Source of the DNA: an uncultured Syntrophaceae bacterium
GTDB taxonomy: Bacteria; Desulfobacterota; Syntrophia; Syntrophales; Fen-1087
Assembly (NCBI GenBank): GCA_964460245.1
Contig: CAYWTL010000001.1
Location: 56 to 64,055, forward strand
Reading direction: 5' to 3'
DNA: 64,000 nt
Under the pieces are notes generated by a model, which was not told where the DNA came from, searched no databases, and saw only the letters and a program-made list of their open reading frames with translations. The position numbers and the translations under genes were made by a program. The stretch's first letter is position 1. Every line of letters begins with the position of its first letter. Shown here piece by piece: positions 28,474-37,364 of this stretch.

Positions 28474-28800
28474 TGGCCGGTCTTATCGCTTGCGACTTTG
28501 GATTTCCGAGCGCCCGACCGGACGGACCCGACCGCAGGGCGGGACCGCCGGCGCCCTGGAATCCGCTTTAGCGGTTTCAAGGACGAGGGCGTGAATCAGA
28601 GAGACGTGTCTCGTCCGGAGCGATGCGGAGGGCGAGTCACGGCGACCGAACAGAAATTGATCGCCCACGGCCGCCTGTTTCCTACGAAGGAGGAAATACG
28701 GCCAAGCGGGCCACCATTGGCCTTGACTCAAACGGCAGCGGATCGGATGTCTCAATTCCATTGATTCTTAAAATGTATCATATCGATATAAACAATATAT

Positions 28801-28829
28801 TTTACATAGCATGCCGCCCGCATTATATT
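28801..28829 (+). promoter_or_regulatory. Candidate sigma70 promoter (TTTACA-17-TATATT) for the acyl-CoA dehydrogenase gene
   Basis: TTTACA at 28801-28806, a 17-nt spacer, then TATATT at 28824-28829. It lies in a short AT-rich patch about 200 nt upstream of the ATG at 29029. Confidence 0.4.
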
Positions 28830-29028
28830 CGCCTTGAAGTCAACGAACGAGCGGATCGACAGGGCAGCGCATGGCGCAGCGCCCCTGTCTCAGGGAAGAG
28901 AGGCGCAAGGGCTGAAGAATATCGGCGGATGCCTTGAAATTCCCGGATAAAACGGAATCGATCCGGCTGCGGCCGACTTCGTGATCGGCCGCCCGGAAAA
29001 GTGAAAACCCGGATTCGAGAGGAACGTC

Positions 29029-30171
29029 ATGGAATTCAGATTGACAGAGGAACAGGAACTCATTCGCGCAAACATGAGGGAATTTGCCGAGCGGCACGTG
29101 GCGCCCGTTGCCGCGGAGATCGATCAGAACAGCCGCCACCCGGCGGAGCTTTTCCGAAAGCTCGGCGAGGGCGGCTGGATGGGGATTCCCATTCCTCAGG
29201 AATACGGGGGTGCGGGAGCTGACTTTCTGACCCATGTCGTCGCCGTGGAAGAAATATCCCGCTTCTGCTCATCGACCGGTTTCACCTTGTCCTTCCATGC
29301 CGGAATCATCGGCATCTCCCTGTATCTTGCCGGCAGCGCGGAGCAGAAGAAGCGCTATCTCGTCCCGCTGGCCCGGGGGCAGCACATGGGTTCTTTCGCA
29401 CTGACCGAGCCCGGCGCCGGCACGGACGTCATGGCCATCTCGTCCGCGGCCGTCCGTCAGGGAAACCAATATGTCCTCAACGGAACGAAGACTTTCGTAT
29501 CCAACGGTCCGATCGCCGACACCTACATCGTCTTCTGCTGGACGGACCGGTCCGCGGGAAGGAACGGCATGAGCGCCTTTATCATTCCCCGGGGCACCTC
29601 CGGAATGAAACCGGGCGAGCATTTCGAGAAAATGGGTCTCCGATCCTCCCAGACATCGGAAGTGTACTTCAAGGATTGCCGGATTCCCGAGGACCATCTG
29701 CTCGGGAAGGAGGGACAGGGTCTTGCCATCGCCATGCAGGGATTCGAGCGCGGGAGAGTGGGGATCGCCGCGCAGGCCTTGGGGATGCTTCAGGCGGCCC
29801 TGGACGAATCGATCCGATATTCCCGAGAGAGGATCCAGTTCGGCAAGCCGATTGCCCGTCAGCAGGCCATTGCCTGGATGCTCGCCGACATGGCGACCGA
29901 CCTTTCCGCCGCCAGGCATCTCACCTATCACGCCGCTTGGTTGAAGGACACCCATCAACCCTTCGGCAAGGAGGCCTCCATGGCGAAGCTTTTTGCGACG
30001 GAAGCCGCGATGAGGCACACCGTCAAAGCCGTACAGATCCAGGGCGGTTATGGATACATGACCGGGGCGAAGGTCGAGCGGCTGATGCGGGATGCCAAGA
30101 TTGCCGAGATCTACGAGGGCACCTCGGAGGCCCAGCGGATGGTCATATCGGGAAAAGTTCTCCAAGGGTAG
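29029..30171 (+). CDS. Acyl-CoA dehydrogenase (short/butyryl-CoA type)
   Basis: 380 aa. The sequence LTEEQELIR..REFAE..V.P.A.EID and the C-terminal IYEGTSE.QR are the ACAD family pattern. A GAGAGGA SD is present. Confidence 0.9.
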   Translation: MEFRLTEEQELIRANMREFAERHVAPVAAEIDQNSRHPAELFRKLGEGGWMGIPIPQEYGGAGADFLTHVVAVEEISRFCSSTGFTLSFHAGIIGISLYLAGSAEQKKRYLVPLARGQHMGSFALTEPGAGTDVMAISSAAVRQGNQYVLNGTKTFVSNGPIADTYIVFCWTDRSAGRNGMSAFIIPRGTSGMKPGEHFEKMGLRSSQTSEVYFKDCRIPEDHLLGKEGQGLAIAMQGFERGRVGIAAQALGMLQAALDESIRYSRERIQFGKPIARQQAIAWMLADMATDLSAARHLTYHAAWLKDTHQPFGKEASMAKLFATEAAMRHTVKAVQIQGGYGYMTGAKVERLMRDAKIAEIYEGTSEAQRMVISGKVLQG

Positions 30172-30374
30172 CGCCGGGATGATGGGCTTTTCCTGCGGTC
30201 CATGCTTCAAGAAAGGATGCGTTCCATCCGTCGGCGCCGATGCGCCATCTCCCCGCAGCTGCACCGAAGAGGCTTTCGAGGGATTCCCTGGCGGAAAGGC
30301 CGTCCGGGTTAAAGACGGAAAAGTGGCGGTCGAACATCATGCCCCTCCCAGTAGATCGAGGTTGGAGGCACTCG

Positions 30375-31340
30375 TCACGGCTGATCTTCCATCACGTAAG
30401 AGAAGATCAGGGGAGCCACGATGGTGGCATCCGACTCGATGATGAAGCGGGGCGTGTCGGGATTCAGTTTTCCCCAGGTGATTTTCTCGTTCGGCACGGC
30501 CCCCGAGTAGGATCCGAAACTGGTGGTGGAATCGCTGATCTGGCAGAAGTATCCCCAGAGGGGGGTTTCTCCGGCCTTCAGATCCTCCCGAATCATGGGA
30601 ACGACGCAGATGGCGAAATCGCCGGCGATGCCGCCGCCGATCTGAAAGAAACCGAGGGGGCCCTTGTCGACCGTTTCCCCGTACCAGCGGGACAGCTCCA
30701 TCATGTACTCGATACCGGATCGGATCGTACCCACATTCCGGACTTTCCCCAGCAGGCAAAACGACGCGTAGGCGTTGCCGAGCGTCGAGTCTTCCCAGCC
30801 GGGAACGAAAATCGGCAGGTTCCGGTCGCAGGCCGCCACGACCCAACTGTCTGCCGGATTTCCCTCGGACAACGCGTCCCGGCGGCGGTGAATGAGGCGA
30901 TACAAATACTCGTGAGGGAAGAATCGTTTTCCCTCCAGATCGCATGCCATCCAGTCCTCGCCGATCATTCCTTCGACCTTCAGCATGGCCTCCGTCGAAA
31001 TGCAGGTGTCCGTCACCCGGTGGAGGCGCCGGTTATACAGATCCTTCTCCTGATCGGGCGTCAGGCAGCGGTAATCGGGAAAGTTTTCGCGGCGGGTTTC
31101 CACGAGGTTAAAGATGTCTTCCTCCAGGTTGGCTCCCGTGCAGGAGACGGCATGGATTTTGTCCCTGCGGATCATTTCGGCGATGGCGATGCCGAGCCGT
31201 GCCGTGCTCATCGCTCCGGCGAGGCTCAGCATCATGCGGCCTCCCGCCTTCAGGAACTTCCTGTAGGCCTCTGCAGCCTGCATCACGGTGGCGGCATTGA
31301 AATGCCGATAGTGCCGTCGCATGAATTCCTGTATGCTCAC
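30375..31340 (-). CDS. Deoxyhypusine synthase-like family protein
   Basis: 321 aa. FNAA....A...Y..........L.LAGAMSTA..G....E.I....I....TGANLEED is typical of bacterial DHS homologues. The GTG start has GGAGGA 6 nt upstream. Confidence 0.8.
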   Translation of the reverse strand: MSIQEFMRRHYRHFNAATVMQAAEAYRKFLKAGGRMMLSLAGAMSTARLGIAIAEMIRRDKIHAVSCTGANLEEDIFNLVETRRENFPDYRCLTPDQEKDLYNRRLHRVTDTCISTEAMLKVEGMIGEDWMACDLEGKRFFPHEYLYRLIHRRRDALSEGNPADSWVVAACDRNLPIFVPGWEDSTLGNAYASFCLLGKVRNVGTIRSGIEYMMELSRWYGETVDKGPLGFFQIGGGIAGDFAICVVPMIREDLKAGETPLWGYFCQISDSTTSFGSYSGAVPNEKITWGKLNPDTPRFIIESDATIVAPLIFSYVMEDQP

Positions 31341-31786
31341 TGTCGTCCTCCATCCGTCACATTCTCCGCTCCCTTTTCAGGATTTCAACCCGGTCGCCGG
31401 ACTTCGAGGACAAGCGGCCGCATCGCTCTTTCGACCGGGTTTTCCGTGCAAGAGGTTACTGTATAGGAAGCTTTGCCTGCCGCGTCAAGCAAAAGCAACG
31501 GCCGCCACGGGCTTTCCCTTCGGGCGACGTTACATTTTTGTAACGTTTTTCCTTGACTTTTCCGCGATGAAACGCAACGATCTGCCAACCGAAAATCGCG
31601 TCGGACACGGGCAAATCCTATACGGGAGAGCGGGATTTGCCTTTTCGTTGCGGCGGGAGCGGATGCCGCGGGAAGGCTCGCCCGGGCCCGGTTTCCGGGT
31701 CCATGAATCCCGGTCCCGGCATCCTTTCCGGTCGTTCTTCCCGAACGCGGAAACCCGCCGACGGCCCGTCGCAAAACGGAAGGGAA

Positions 31787-33910
31787 ATGGAAAAAACAAC
31801 GGATTTCACGAAGCGCGTCTGGTGCGGGTCTCTTCGTTCCGGGGATGCGGGCAGAGAGGTGCTGCTGGCCGGGTGGGTCGATACCCTGCGGGATCACGGC
31901 GAGGTGCTGTTCGTTCACCTGCGGGACCGGAGCGGCATCGTTCAGATCGTCTTCAGCCCCGAACGCAGCTCGCCGGAGCTGTGCCGGACCGCCGACTCGC
32001 TGAAGAGCGAATACTGCCTCGCGGTGCGGGGCCGGGTGGAACGGCGCCTGGCCGGCACGGAGAACCCCTATCTCGAAACGGGGACCGTCGAGGTCTTTGC
32101 CGCGGAAATGGAGCTCCTGAACGCGGCGGACCCGCTGCCGTTCACGGTTTCCGAAAAGGCCGCGGCGACCGGCGAGCGGGAGGCGGAGGCCGTCGCCGAG
32201 GACCTGCGGCTCAGGCACCGCTATCTCGACCTGCGGCGCCCCTCCATGCAGGACAATCTTTTCCGGAGGCACCGCATCTTCAAGTGCGTCCGCGATTACC
32301 TGGATGAGCAGGGCTTCCTGGAGGTCGAAACGCCGATGCTCACGAAGAGCACGCCCGAGGGGGCGCGCGATTACCTGGTGCCCAGCCGGATCCACCAGGG
32401 CAGCTTCTACGCCTTGCCCCAGTCTCCCCAGCTCTTCAAACAGCTCCTGATGGTCGGCGGCTTCGAGCGCTACTTCCAGCTGGCCCGCTGCTTTCGGGAC
32501 GAGGACCTGCGGCCCAACCGCCAGCCGGAATTCACCCAGCTCGACATCGAGGCCTCCTTCATCGACGAGGAGTTCATCTACGGTCTCGTGGAGGAGCTGA
32601 CGGTCCGCATGTTCGCCGTCGGCGGGATTGCCCTGCCCAGGCCCTTCCCCCGCATGACCTATCAGGAAGCCATGGAGTCGATGGGTTCGGACCGTCCCGA
32701 CACCCGCTTCGGGCTCCGGTTCATCGAGGCCACGGATCTGTTCCGGGACACCCGGTACGGCATCTTCCGGCAGATTCTCGACCGGGGGGGGCGGATCAAG
32801 GGGATCAACATCCAGGGCCACTCGGCGAGCCTCAGCAAGAACGTCCTGCAGAACGAGTATGCCAAGGAAATCGTCCCCGCCATGGGCGCCAAGGGGATGA
32901 CCTGGATGCGGGTCCTCGACGGGAAGCTGGAGTCCAACATCGTCCAGTTCTTCAGCCGCGGGGAGCAGGCGGCCATCCTCGAGCGGTTCGGCGCCGGAAA
33001 CGGCGACGTGCTGATCATGATCGCCGATGCGTCGCCGGATCTCGTCCACTCCGTCCTGGGACAGTTGCGCCTTCACCTGGCCGGGCGGCTCGGCATGATC
33101 CCGCCCGGGACCTTCGCGCCCCTCTGGGTGACCGATTTCCCGCTCTTCGAGCCGACGGACGAGGGCGTGACATCCAGCCATCACCCCTTCACGGCGCCCC
33201 ATCGGCCGGATTTCGATCCCGAGAATCGCGACGAGCTCCTGGGGCTCAAATCCAGGGCTTACGACCTCGTCGTCAACGGGGAGGAACTCGGGGGCGGCAG
33301 CATCCGCATCCATGACCGCGTCCTGCAGTCCCGAATCTTCCAGGCCCTCGGTCTCTCCCGGGAGGCCGTGGAGGAAAAATTCGGTTTTTTCCTGCGCGCC
33401 CTCGACTACGGCACCCCGCCCCACGGCGGTCTCGCGCTGGGCATGGACCGTGTGGTCTCCATGGTTCTGTGCGCTTCGTCCATTCGGGAAGTGATCGCCT
33501 TTCCCAAGAACCGCAGCGCCCAGTGCCCCCTGACGCAGGCGCCGTCCGATGTCAGCCGCGAGCAACTGGGTGAACTCGGGCTTCTCGACCTCGGCGCCGA
33601 CAGGGAGCTCCCGGGAACGGCGCAAAAAGAGGACCTTCTGGATTACCTTTCCTGGGTATCAAGAATCGGAGTGACGGATTCCGAACGCCCCGCACTCGAG
33701 GAGGCCCTGGCGGAAGCCCTGGCCCTTGCCGCCGCGGTCGAGGTAAGGCAAACCGATGCGGAGCCCGCTTATTCCGTCGTGCCGGTGAAAGGCCGCGTTC
33801 GGCCGGGGGGGGAGCCCCGGGTGTCCCCGCACGCCGAATCGAGGGTCCTGTTTGAAAATGCGCCGGCCATGAAGGGTCGATACTTCAAGGTGGCCGGCAT
33901 TCTGGAATGA
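31787..33910 (+). CDS. aspS: Aspartate--tRNA ligase fused to a C-terminal GatC-like domain
   Basis: AspRS motifs: FVHLRDRSG, FRDEDLRPNRQPEFTQLDIE, GGGSIRIHD, AFPK. The normal C-terminus is followed by a ~110-aa extension ending in ...ENAPAMKGRYFKVAGILE, which is GatC-like. I chose the start at ATG 31787; the longest ORF begins at 31637. Confidence 0.85.
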   Translation: MEKTTDFTKRVWCGSLRSGDAGREVLLAGWVDTLRDHGEVLFVHLRDRSGIVQIVFSPERSSPELCRTADSLKSEYCLAVRGRVERRLAGTENPYLETGTVEVFAAEMELLNAADPLPFTVSEKAAATGEREAEAVAEDLRLRHRYLDLRRPSMQDNLFRRHRIFKCVRDYLDEQGFLEVETPMLTKSTPEGARDYLVPSRIHQGSFYALPQSPQLFKQLLMVGGFERYFQLARCFRDEDLRPNRQPEFTQLDIEASFIDEEFIYGLVEELTVRMFAVGGIALPRPFPRMTYQEAMESMGSDRPDTRFGLRFIEATDLFRDTRYGIFRQILDRGGRIKGINIQGHSASLSKNVLQNEYAKEIVPAMGAKGMTWMRVLDGKLESNIVQFFSRGEQAAILERFGAGNGDVLIMIADASPDLVHSVLGQLRLHLAGRLGMIPPGTFAPLWVTDFPLFEPTDEGVTSSHHPFTAPHRPDFDPENRDELLGLKSRAYDLVVNGEELGGGSIRIHDRVLQSRIFQALGLSREAVEEKFGFFLRALDYGTPPHGGLALGMDRVVSMVLCASSIREVIAFPKNRSAQCPLTQAPSDVSREQLGELGLLDLGADRELPGTAQKEDLLDYLSWVSRIGVTDSERPALEEALAEALALAAAVEVRQTDAEPAYSVVPVKGRVRPGGEPRVSPHAESRVLFENAPAMKGRYFKVAGILE

Positions 33911-33921
33911 GAAGGAGAGCG

Positions 33922-35118
33922 ATGGGATCGGGAGTCTTTGCCTATCGAGACGAGCTTTCGGAAGTCTCCGGGAACGGTCTTCTCAAGGGGAGGACCGTTT
34001 CCGTGCAGGCCAACATCTCCGTGGCGGGCTGGCCGACCGAGGCGGGCAGCCTCGCGCTGAAGGGCTTCAAGGCCATCGAGGATGCGACCGTCGTGAGGCG
34101 GATGCGGGACCAGGGAGCCCGGATCGTCGGCAGCACCCGGATGAGCGAACTGGGCCTGGGCCTGCAAGGCGCCGCGGCGGCGCGGGCCGTGGCCGAAGGG
34201 ATCGTGGAAATCGCCCTGGTGACGGAGCATGTCGGCGAGGCGCGGCTCGCGGCGGCCGGAGAGGGGCTCATCGGGTTCAAGCCGAGCTACGGCCTCGTGT
34301 CGCGGTACGGCCTGATCGGTCTCACGCCGTCCATGGAAACGATCGGCCTGCTGGCGCGCTCGCCGTCCGATGTCGCCGTCGTCCTGGCCGCCGTTGCCGG
34401 CAGGGACGAGCGGGATTTCTCCATGCCCGAGGAAGACGTTCCGGACTTTCTCGACGTTTCCTGCCGGCCGGGTATCCGCACCCTGGGATGGATTCATGAA
34501 AGCGCGGCCTGCCTCGAGGCCGACGAGCGGAAAGCCTTTCAGCGCCGCATGGAGGCCTTTGCGGAAGCCGGCTGCACCCTTGTCGAGATGAGCCTGCCGG
34601 ATTTCGCCCTCTTTCGGACCGCGCACCAGGTCATCGGTTCCGTCGAAGCCTCCTCCGCCGCCGGCAAGTACGACGGCGTGCGGTTCGGATACCGGACGCC
34701 GTCGGCGAAAAACTGGAACGAGATGTACCTGAAAACCAGGGGAGAGATCTTCGGCCCGGCCATCAAGACGTTCCTCTTCCAGGGGGCGTATTATCAGTTC
34801 GTGAAATACGGCGTGTTCGAAAAGGCGTGCCGCCTGCGGTCTCATCTGATGCGGGAGATGCAGCGCCTGCTCGGGACCGTGGACGCGCTGGCGATGCCCG
34901 CCGTCCGCGGGAACTTCGACCCCTTCGAGGCCGCGACGGTCCCCGCCCTCTACGATGCCGCCCTGTTCACCGTGCCCGCCAGCCTGACGGGCCTTCCCGC
35001 CCTGTCCCTTGCCGGCGGCCCAGCCTCTCCCGGGGTGCAGATCATCGGGCCGAGACGCGGCGATGCAACGCTGCTTGCCCTCGCGGCAAGGGTATCGAAA
35101 AAAACGAAGGAGTCCTGA
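33922..35118 (+). CDS. GatA-like amidase-fold subunit lacking the Ser-cisSer-Lys catalytic residues
   Basis: It aligns with GatA (GFKPSYGLVSRYGLI, SMETIGLLARS, EASSAAGKYDGVRFGY, PASLTGLPALSL). However KDN is QAN, GGSSGGS is LQGAAAA and DTGGSIR is TEHVGEAR. It has about 398 aa versus about 485. The ATG at 33922 has GAAGGAG 5 nt upstream. An alternative ATG at 33907 overlaps the aspS-gatC stop (ATGA). Confidence 0.75.
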   Translation: MGSGVFAYRDELSEVSGNGLLKGRTVSVQANISVAGWPTEAGSLALKGFKAIEDATVVRRMRDQGARIVGSTRMSELGLGLQGAAAARAVAEGIVEIALVTEHVGEARLAAAGEGLIGFKPSYGLVSRYGLIGLTPSMETIGLLARSPSDVAVVLAAVAGRDERDFSMPEEDVPDFLDVSCRPGIRTLGWIHESAACLEADERKAFQRRMEAFAEAGCTLVEMSLPDFALFRTAHQVIGSVEASSAAGKYDGVRFGYRTPSAKNWNEMYLKTRGEIFGPAIKTFLFQGAYYQFVKYGVFEKACRLRSHLMREMQRLLGTVDALAMPAVRGNFDPFEAATVPALYDAALFTVPASLTGLPALSLAGGPASPGVQIIGPRRGDATLLALAARVSKKTKES

Positions 35119-35120
35119 GC

Positions 35121-36548
35121 GTGCAGTACGAAGCGATCATCGGCCTCGAAATCCACGTGGAGCTCAACTGCCTGACGAAGATGTTCTGCGATTGCCCGAA
35201 TCGCCCGGGTGACGAGCCCAATCGGAATACCTGTCCCGTCTGCCTGTGGCTCCCGGGGGCCCTGCCCCGCTTCAGCCGGGAAGCCCTCGAGAAGGCGGCG
35301 CTGGCATGCCTCGCGCTGAACTGCGAAATCCAGGAGCGCAGCGCCTTCGACCAGAAGGTCTACTACTATCCGGACCTGCCGAAGGGTTATCAGCTCTCCC
35401 AGGCCCACTTTCCGCTGGCCCGCGGGGGATGGCTCGACATCGCGGACGAATCGGGCGCCCCGAAGCGGCTCCGCATTCGACACATCCACATGGAGGAAGA
35501 CGTGGCCAAGCTCGTCCACGAGCTCGAGGGCCGGATCCCCGTGAGTCTGGTCGATTTCAACCGGGCCGGGGCGCCCCTCGTGGAGATCGTGACGGAACCC
35601 GACATCCGCTCCCCCCACGAAGCCATGGAATTCATCCGGAACCTTCGGACCCAGATCCGCTACGTGGGAAGCTCCGAGTGCAGCATGGAGACCGGCACGA
35701 TGCGCGTGGACGCCAACATCTCCATCCGCGAGCAGGGAACGAGCGCCCTGAACACCAAGGTGGAAGTCAAAAACATGAATTCCGTCCGGCACCTGGGCGA
35801 CGCGATCGCCTACGAGATCGAACGGCAGATGGCTTCCCTGAAGGCGGGGGAGGCCATTGTCCTGCACACCCGGCTCTGGGACCCGGAAAAGGGCGCGACC
35901 CTGCCGATGCGGGGCAAATTCGAGGGTCCCTGCGTGCCCGATCCGTCCGTCCCCGAGATCGTCGTCTCCGAGGAGTGGATCGGCCGGATGCGCGGGTCGC
36001 TGCCCGAAATGCCGGCGGTGAAGACGTCCCGCTTTCAGAGCGATTACGGGCTGCCGAGGGACCTGGCGTCCTCGCTGGCAGGAGACCGGGAATTGTCCGA
36101 CTATTTCGAGGCCGTCACCCGGAAATCCATCTCGCCGCGCATGGCCGCCCACTGGCTCATGACGCAGTATCTGCCGGCGCTGCGGGAGAGGCAGCTTTCG
36201 ATCTTCGGAAACCCCGTGACCCCCGACCGGTTCGCCGACGTCCTGCAGCGGCTCGAAAAGGACGAGATCAACGCCAATGCGGCCAGGGAAGTCCTTTCGC
36301 GGCTGTTCGCGAGCGACGAAACGCCCGATGCCATCATCGAGCAGGGTGGGTTCCGGCAGGTCTCCGACGCCGCATCCCTGGAAACCCTGGTCGAGCAGGT
36401 GCTCGGCTCCCACCCGGCAGCGGTCAGCGACTACAAGTCCGGACAGGGAAAGGCTCTGGGCTTTCTGATCGGGCAGGTGATGCAGGCCTCGTCCGGCAAG
36501 GCCAACCCCAAGCGCGTCCGGGAAATCCTGATGTCGAAGCTGACGTAA
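35121..36548 (+). CDS. gatB: Asp/Glu-tRNA amidotransferase subunit B
   Basis: The GTG start has AAGGAG 8 nt upstream. The sequence YEAIIGLEIHVEL...YYYPDLPKGYQ.SQ...HMEEDVAKL...DFNRAG.PL.EIV is canonical GatB. The longer ORF from 34827 overlaps the gatA-like gene and was rejected. Confidence 0.9.
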   Translation: MQYEAIIGLEIHVELNCLTKMFCDCPNRPGDEPNRNTCPVCLWLPGALPRFSREALEKAALACLALNCEIQERSAFDQKVYYYPDLPKGYQLSQAHFPLARGGWLDIADESGAPKRLRIRHIHMEEDVAKLVHELEGRIPVSLVDFNRAGAPLVEIVTEPDIRSPHEAMEFIRNLRTQIRYVGSSECSMETGTMRVDANISIREQGTSALNTKVEVKNMNSVRHLGDAIAYEIERQMASLKAGEAIVLHTRLWDPEKGATLPMRGKFEGPCVPDPSVPEIVVSEEWIGRMRGSLPEMPAVKTSRFQSDYGLPRDLASSLAGDRELSDYFEAVTRKSISPRMAAHWLMTQYLPALRERQLSIFGNPVTPDRFADVLQRLEKDEINANAAREVLSRLFASDETPDAIIEQGGFRQVSDAASLETLVEQVLGSHPAAVSDYKSGQGKALGFLIGQVMQASSGKANPKRVREILMSKLT

Positions 36549-36683
36549 GCCGCGGAAGGCAGGCGGTTCGATCGGCCGGTTTGCCGATGTCAAAACAAAT
36601 GTAAATAAATACTTTAAGTATGACTTGTAAATGCCCGTTTTTGATAATTTTAATTCTTTGCCATTTCAGAATCGCCCTACGTT

Positions 36684-37364
36684 TCAGCGGCTGCTTTGAC
36701 CCGGCGTTTCCCTCCTGAACAGGCGGTCGCCTGAGGGAGTTCCGGCTGTGTGTCTGCGGATGAGGCCGATGATCCGTCTGAGCTTCTCAGGATCTTTCTT
36801 CCCAGGGGACGCTTCCGCGCCGCTGTTGATGTCCACGGCACGAGGCGCCACCCGCGTCAGCGCCTTTTCGATGTTTGCCTCGTTGAGGCCCCCGGCCAGG
36901 ATCAGGGGATGCCGGCGGGCGATCCGGGCGGCGAGGTCCCAGTCGGCTTCCTTCCCCGTTCCGCCCCGGCGCCCTTTATCGGCGGCATCGAGAAGGAATG
37001 CCCCGACGGGATAATCCCGCAGGCGAAAGGCGACATCTTCGGGACGGCCGGAAAGGGCCTTGATCAGGACGCTCTGTGGGAAGCGGCGGCAGTATTCCGT
37101 TGTTTCATCGCCGTGGAGCTGGATCCGGTCCAGGCCGCAGGCCTTCTGAATTGCAAGCACCGTTTCCGGCGCCTCGTTCACGAAAACACCGATCCGGGCG
37201 ACACGGTCCGGCAGAGCGGCAACGATGCGGGCCGCCGCTTCGGGAGTCACGCGGCGAGGGCTTCCGGCGTAGAAGATGAAGCCCAGGGCATCGGCTCCGC
37301 AGGCGGCGGCGTGAAGGGCGTCCGCGACATTCGTGATGCCGCAGATCTTGATCTCCGTCAGCAT
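36684..37364 (-). CDS. trpF: Phosphoribosylanthranilate isomerase
   Basis: The sequence is KICGIT....A......GADALGFIF...SPR. It is the last gene of the trp block, and its start overlaps the trpC stop by 7 nt. Confidence 0.9.
   Translation of the reverse strand: MLTEIKICGITNVADALHAAACGADALGFIFYAGSPRRVTPEAAARIVAALPDRVARIGVFVNEAPETVLAIQKACGLDRIQLHGDETTEYCRRFPQSVLIKALSGRPEDVAFRLRDYPVGAFLLDAADKGRRGGTGKEADWDLAARIARRHPLILAGGLNEANIEKALTRVAPRAVDINSGAEASPGKKDPEKLRRIIGLIRRHTAGTPSGDRLFRRETPGQSSR

Noticed and set aside
28474-28770. Possible RNase P RNA, tmRNA, 6S or SRP RNA.
   Set aside because: Fragments resemble RNase P conserved regions (CCGGTCTTATCG, ACAGAAA, GAGGAAATACGG) and a tmRNA 5' end (GCGACTTTGGATTTCCGA). 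However, they occur in the wrong order. GAGGAAAGTCCGGGC is not matched. There is no tag ORF and no tRNA-like 3' end. I kept this only as an unassigned structured region.
31566-31786. Short Asp/Asn leader peptide upstream of aspS (ATG AAA CGC AAC GAT...).
   Set aside because: The frame stays open for more than 200 codons (ORF 31321-32307) instead of ending near the hairpin, so it does not behave like a leader ORF.
31385-33625. 746-aa minus-strand ORF antisense to aspS-gatC.
   Set aside because: It is rich in Arg, Gly, Pro and Ala and has no motifs. It completely overlaps a gene with clear AspRS motifs. This is a typical high-GC antisense artefact.
34950-36604. 547-aa minus-strand ORF and 452-aa plus-strand alternative-frame ORF over gatB.
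   Set aside because: Both have low-complexity Arg/Gly/Pro composition. gatB in the other frame has canonical motifs and a proper SD.
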